Of a DNA stretch of 64,000 bases, positions 61,465 to 64,000 are shown one piece after another. A program made the translations under genes and the position numbers. The notes below the pieces were generated by a model. That model saw nothing but the letters and a program-made list of their open reading frames with translations, was not told the DNA's origin and did no database searches. Within the stretch, counting starts at the first letter, position 1. Each line of letters starts with the position of its first letter. The DNA is from Candidatus Hodarchaeota archaeon (GTDB lineage Archaea; Asgardarchaeota; Lokiarchaeia; Sigyniarchaeales; SOKP01): positions 64,001 through 128,000 of the forward strand of contig JBHLKM010000006.1 of assembly GCA_048886685.1 (NCBI GenBank), given 5' to 3'.

Positions 61465-64000
61465 TCATTCCATATTCGCTAATTCGTGATGCTTATTTGA
61501 AATTAACAACTTAGTTAGGATAATAATAAGTATCATAGGTACGATACCAATACCAAAAATGAAGTAAATTGTTAAACTGCCAATATTTGAAAATAAACCT
61601 CTTAAGAAAAGTTGTCCAACTGCATCTATTAAATAATGAGTAACCATACATGGGATTAGACTTTTAGTTTTGACATACATATATCCAAAAGCAATGCCTA
61701 AACAGCTAGCATATATTACCTGCATAGATATAAGATATAAATCTGGATTTCCCAGTAAGTTAATATAATGAAATAGGCCAAAAAGTATGCCATTAATTAT
61801 AACCGCATTTACTTGTGAATATTTCTTTAACTGCAGATTTAGAATAACTCCTCTGAATGAAATTTCTTCCCATATTCCAGGGATTAACATATAAATAAAA
61901 ACAAACCATCCTAAACCCGAATAAATGCTAGGATTGTTAAATACAGGTTCAGGATCAACTACCCAGGTTCCAAAAAGACTAGCAAATATCGCATTAGAAA
62001 AAATTAGTATTAATAAACTCCCACAAGCAAGTAATAGATTTCGCGTAAGAGGTTTAAATCTGCTTAAACCTATCGTTCGAGAGAAATCTTTAAAACTTTC
62101 CTTATTAGGGAGTTTCAATCCTAGTGGAACCGTTACTAGCCATAATAATGCAAAAAATCCAAAATCTAAAAAGAATATAAGGAAAAGTTGCACTAAAAAT
62201 GGAAAATTAGTAATAACTAGGGATATAAGAAATATAACGGGGATTGGTATAAAGAACCAAATAAAGTAAAGGGCTAATAAAGCGCTAGTGCCTGCATTTA
62301 CATGCTCCCTGAGAAATCCTCCAGTTTTGAATTCTGCAATTTTTTCAACTTTTGGAAACATTCGAGTAAATGCAAATATCAAAATTGATAACCCTGTTAA
62401 TCCCACGATCATGAAAGTTAACATTGTAACGTAAATATTAAAAATTAAAATTAATAAAACGCCCCCAGTTAGAATCGCAAAATATATTCCGAACTCAATC
62501 AAGATCATGAGTATCCATTTGCTAACTTTATGTTCTTTATGTAGCTCCTCAAGGATATATTTATATTTCATTTTCCCAAAGAAGTGAATTTTCAACTCAA
62601 ACATGACTAGCATCATACTCCAAGCGATCGGTAAAGTAACCACAAAAAGTACTACTACTAAAATTGAACTAGTTAACAATGTCAGAATAAGAGTTATAAA
62701 TGTGAGTGAAATTCCTTGGATTGAAAGCATCAAAACGATCTTTGCTTTTGCTTGATCTCGAGGGATTAAAGGTAATGATGCTTTTATAGAAGCGCCTGAC
62801 TCTTCAAGATTCAAAAATCCTACAATTAACATTGGTGGAATAAATAGATATATACCAACAACTGCAGACCACAATATAAGTATTCCCTCTATTGTGGTAA
62901 CCTCATTAATAATTGGCCCCTGTAAAGTAAAAACTAATACAAGAGGATAGAATATTGGGAAAAAGATAAACATAAAAGATTGCAGATCACGGGTAGTCGA
63001 AACTAAATCTTTCCGAATATATGCCTTTATTGTGGAAGTTGTTTTTATTTCAATAGGTATATCTTTTTTCTTTACCTTATTATCTATGATCTCAGTAGAA
63101 ATTGTGGTACGTAGAGCTCGTTGAGCAAATATGAATAAAACCCATACCACAAGCATGAATAAAGCAAATCCTATAAGTGTACTAATGAATAATTCTATAG
63201 GAATTTGGTTTGGTATAGTAGTCAATACGAGTAAATACGCAGGAGCAAGTGCAAATGGAATTATACTTAAAATAATGTTTAAGATAATAGGCGGTTCGCT
63301 TGTTTTGAACATTATGACAAATCTATCAACAGCCCTAAAGCCAAAACTGAAAATTAATCCAGATCCAAAAGCAATTGTGAAATAACCTAACATAGTTATT
63401 ATTCTAATTAAATTCACTCTTTTCGATTTACCTTTTGATTCTGAGAAGAGGAAACTTAATTTTTCCCCTATAATAACAAGTAAACTAAAATTGAAAACAA
63501 CATTAAGAATAGATACTAAGAGTGAAGTAATAAATATAAAGAAATTCTGAGTGCCAATAAACATTATAATTGGAAATGCAGCGATTGATATAATTAGCGG
63601 GATGTCAAGATTTCGAAATAAAGTCATTAAACCAATCTTTCTAATATCCTTTTTGGAGAATGGGAGCGTTTGTAGCCATTTAAAGGAGTTCCCTGACATG
63701 AATGAGCTAGTTGAAACCATCCCAAACATTATCATATATAAAAAAGTTATACCAAAATAAATTCCAAACATAAAACTAGATATAAAAGCGATTGAATTTG
63801 CTGCATAGGAACCAATAGAACGTTCAATTTCAAAGTAAGTAGCTAGTGGTAAAAAAGGAAAAAAAACAAAAAGGAACCCGAAAACTAATTTAAGAGCTAA
63901 AAACTGATTTCTTATATAATTCTTATTTCTCTTAAATTTTTCTAACAGCCTTGCTTGATGAGCACCAGCACTTGCTATCTGCCCTTCCATTAAGATTTCA
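61465..64000 (-). CDS. ABC-type membrane protein fused to a C-terminal CPBP (CAAX-protease-like) domain; 5' end may lie outside the window
   Basis: Polytopic N-part with LQTLP and KDL-x-x-x-x-RD; WEEISFRG, FGLFH, HYLID; frame is open to the window edge. Confidence 0.8.
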   Translation of the reverse strand, partial: EILMEGQIASAGAHQARLLEKFKRNKNYIRNQFLALKLVFGFLFVFFPFLPLATYFEIERSIGSYAANSIAFISSFMFGIYFGITFLYMIMFGMVSTSSFMSGNSFKWLQTLPFSKKDIRKIGLMTLFRNLDIPLIISIAAFPIIMFIGTQNFFIFITSLLVSILNVVFNFSLLVIIGEKLSFLFSESKGKSKRVNLIRIITMLGYFTIAFGSGLIFSFGFRAVDRFVIMFKTSEPPIILNIILSIIPFALAPAYLLVLTTIPNQIPIELFISTLIGFALFMLVVWVLFIFAQRALRTTISTEIIDNKVKKKDIPIEIKTTSTIKAYIRKDLVSTTRDLQSFMFIFFPIFYPLVLVFTLQGPIINEVTTIEGILILWSAVVGIYLFIPPMLIVGFLNLEESGASIKASLPLIPRDQAKAKIVLMLSIQGISLTFITLILTLLTSSILVVVLFVVTLPIAWSMMLVMFELKIHFFGKMKYKYILEELHKEHKVSKWILMILIEFGIYFAILTGGVLLILIFNIYVTMLTFMIVGLTGLSILIFAFTRMFPKVEKIAEFKTGGFLREHVNAGTSALLALYFIWFFIPIPVIFLISLVITNFPFLVQLFLIFFLDFGFFALLWLVTVPLGLKLPNKESFKDFSRTIGLSRFKPLTRNLLLACGSLLILIFSNAIFASLFGTWVVDPEPVFNNPSIYSGLGWFVFIYMLIPGIWEEISFRGVILNLQLKKYSQVNAVIINGILFGLFHYINLLGNPDLYLISMQVIYASCLGIAFGYMYVKTKSLIPCMVTHYLIDAVGQLFLRGLFSNIGSLTIYFIFGIGIVPMILIIILTKLLISNKHHELANME

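Noticed and set aside
482-63760. Short antisense or overlapping ORFs in the track (e.g. 5464-5769, 13601-13921, 39642-40166, 61925-62269)
   Set aside because: Shadow frames of well-supported genes, with no motifs
1-64000. CRISPR arrays, transposases/integrases, rRNA, selenoprotein TGA read-through
   Set aside because: No repeat-spacer arrays, mobility genes, rRNA-like tracts or TGA-split conserved ORFs seen by eye

Overview
AT-rich archaeal genomic DNA, most likely an Asgard archaeon of the Lokiarchaeia. The evidence is an archaeal histone, Hef helicase, Ftr, a Rag-like GTPase, two longin-Arf-like GTPases, a JAMM protease, PCI-like repeats and a Loki-CTERM-type tail. The window holds about 55 CDS (metabolism, transport, eukaryotic-signature proteins), one intron-containing tRNA-His and several gene remnants. 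I saw no mobile element or CRISPR array. Main discovery: protein-coding genes appear to carry short tRNA-type (bulge-helix-bulge, BHB) introns. (1) A 30-nt insert with two in-frame stops (34861-34890) splits the first CxxCxxC motif of an HdrD/GlcF-like Fe-S gene. It folds into a canonical BHB, and cutting at the standard positions restores C-M-G-C-G-D-C. (2) A ubiquitin-like gene missed by the ORF track (47897-48178, minus) is broken by a 39-nt stop-containing hairpin in a relaxed BHB. Removing it brings the N-terminal motif spacing to within one residue of ubiquitin. (3) A weaker third candidate lies at 23400-23434. The nearby tRNA-His has a 30-nt BHB intron in the T-loop, so the splicing machinery should exist in this organism. 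All structures were folded by eye and need RT-PCR or RNA-seq confirmation.
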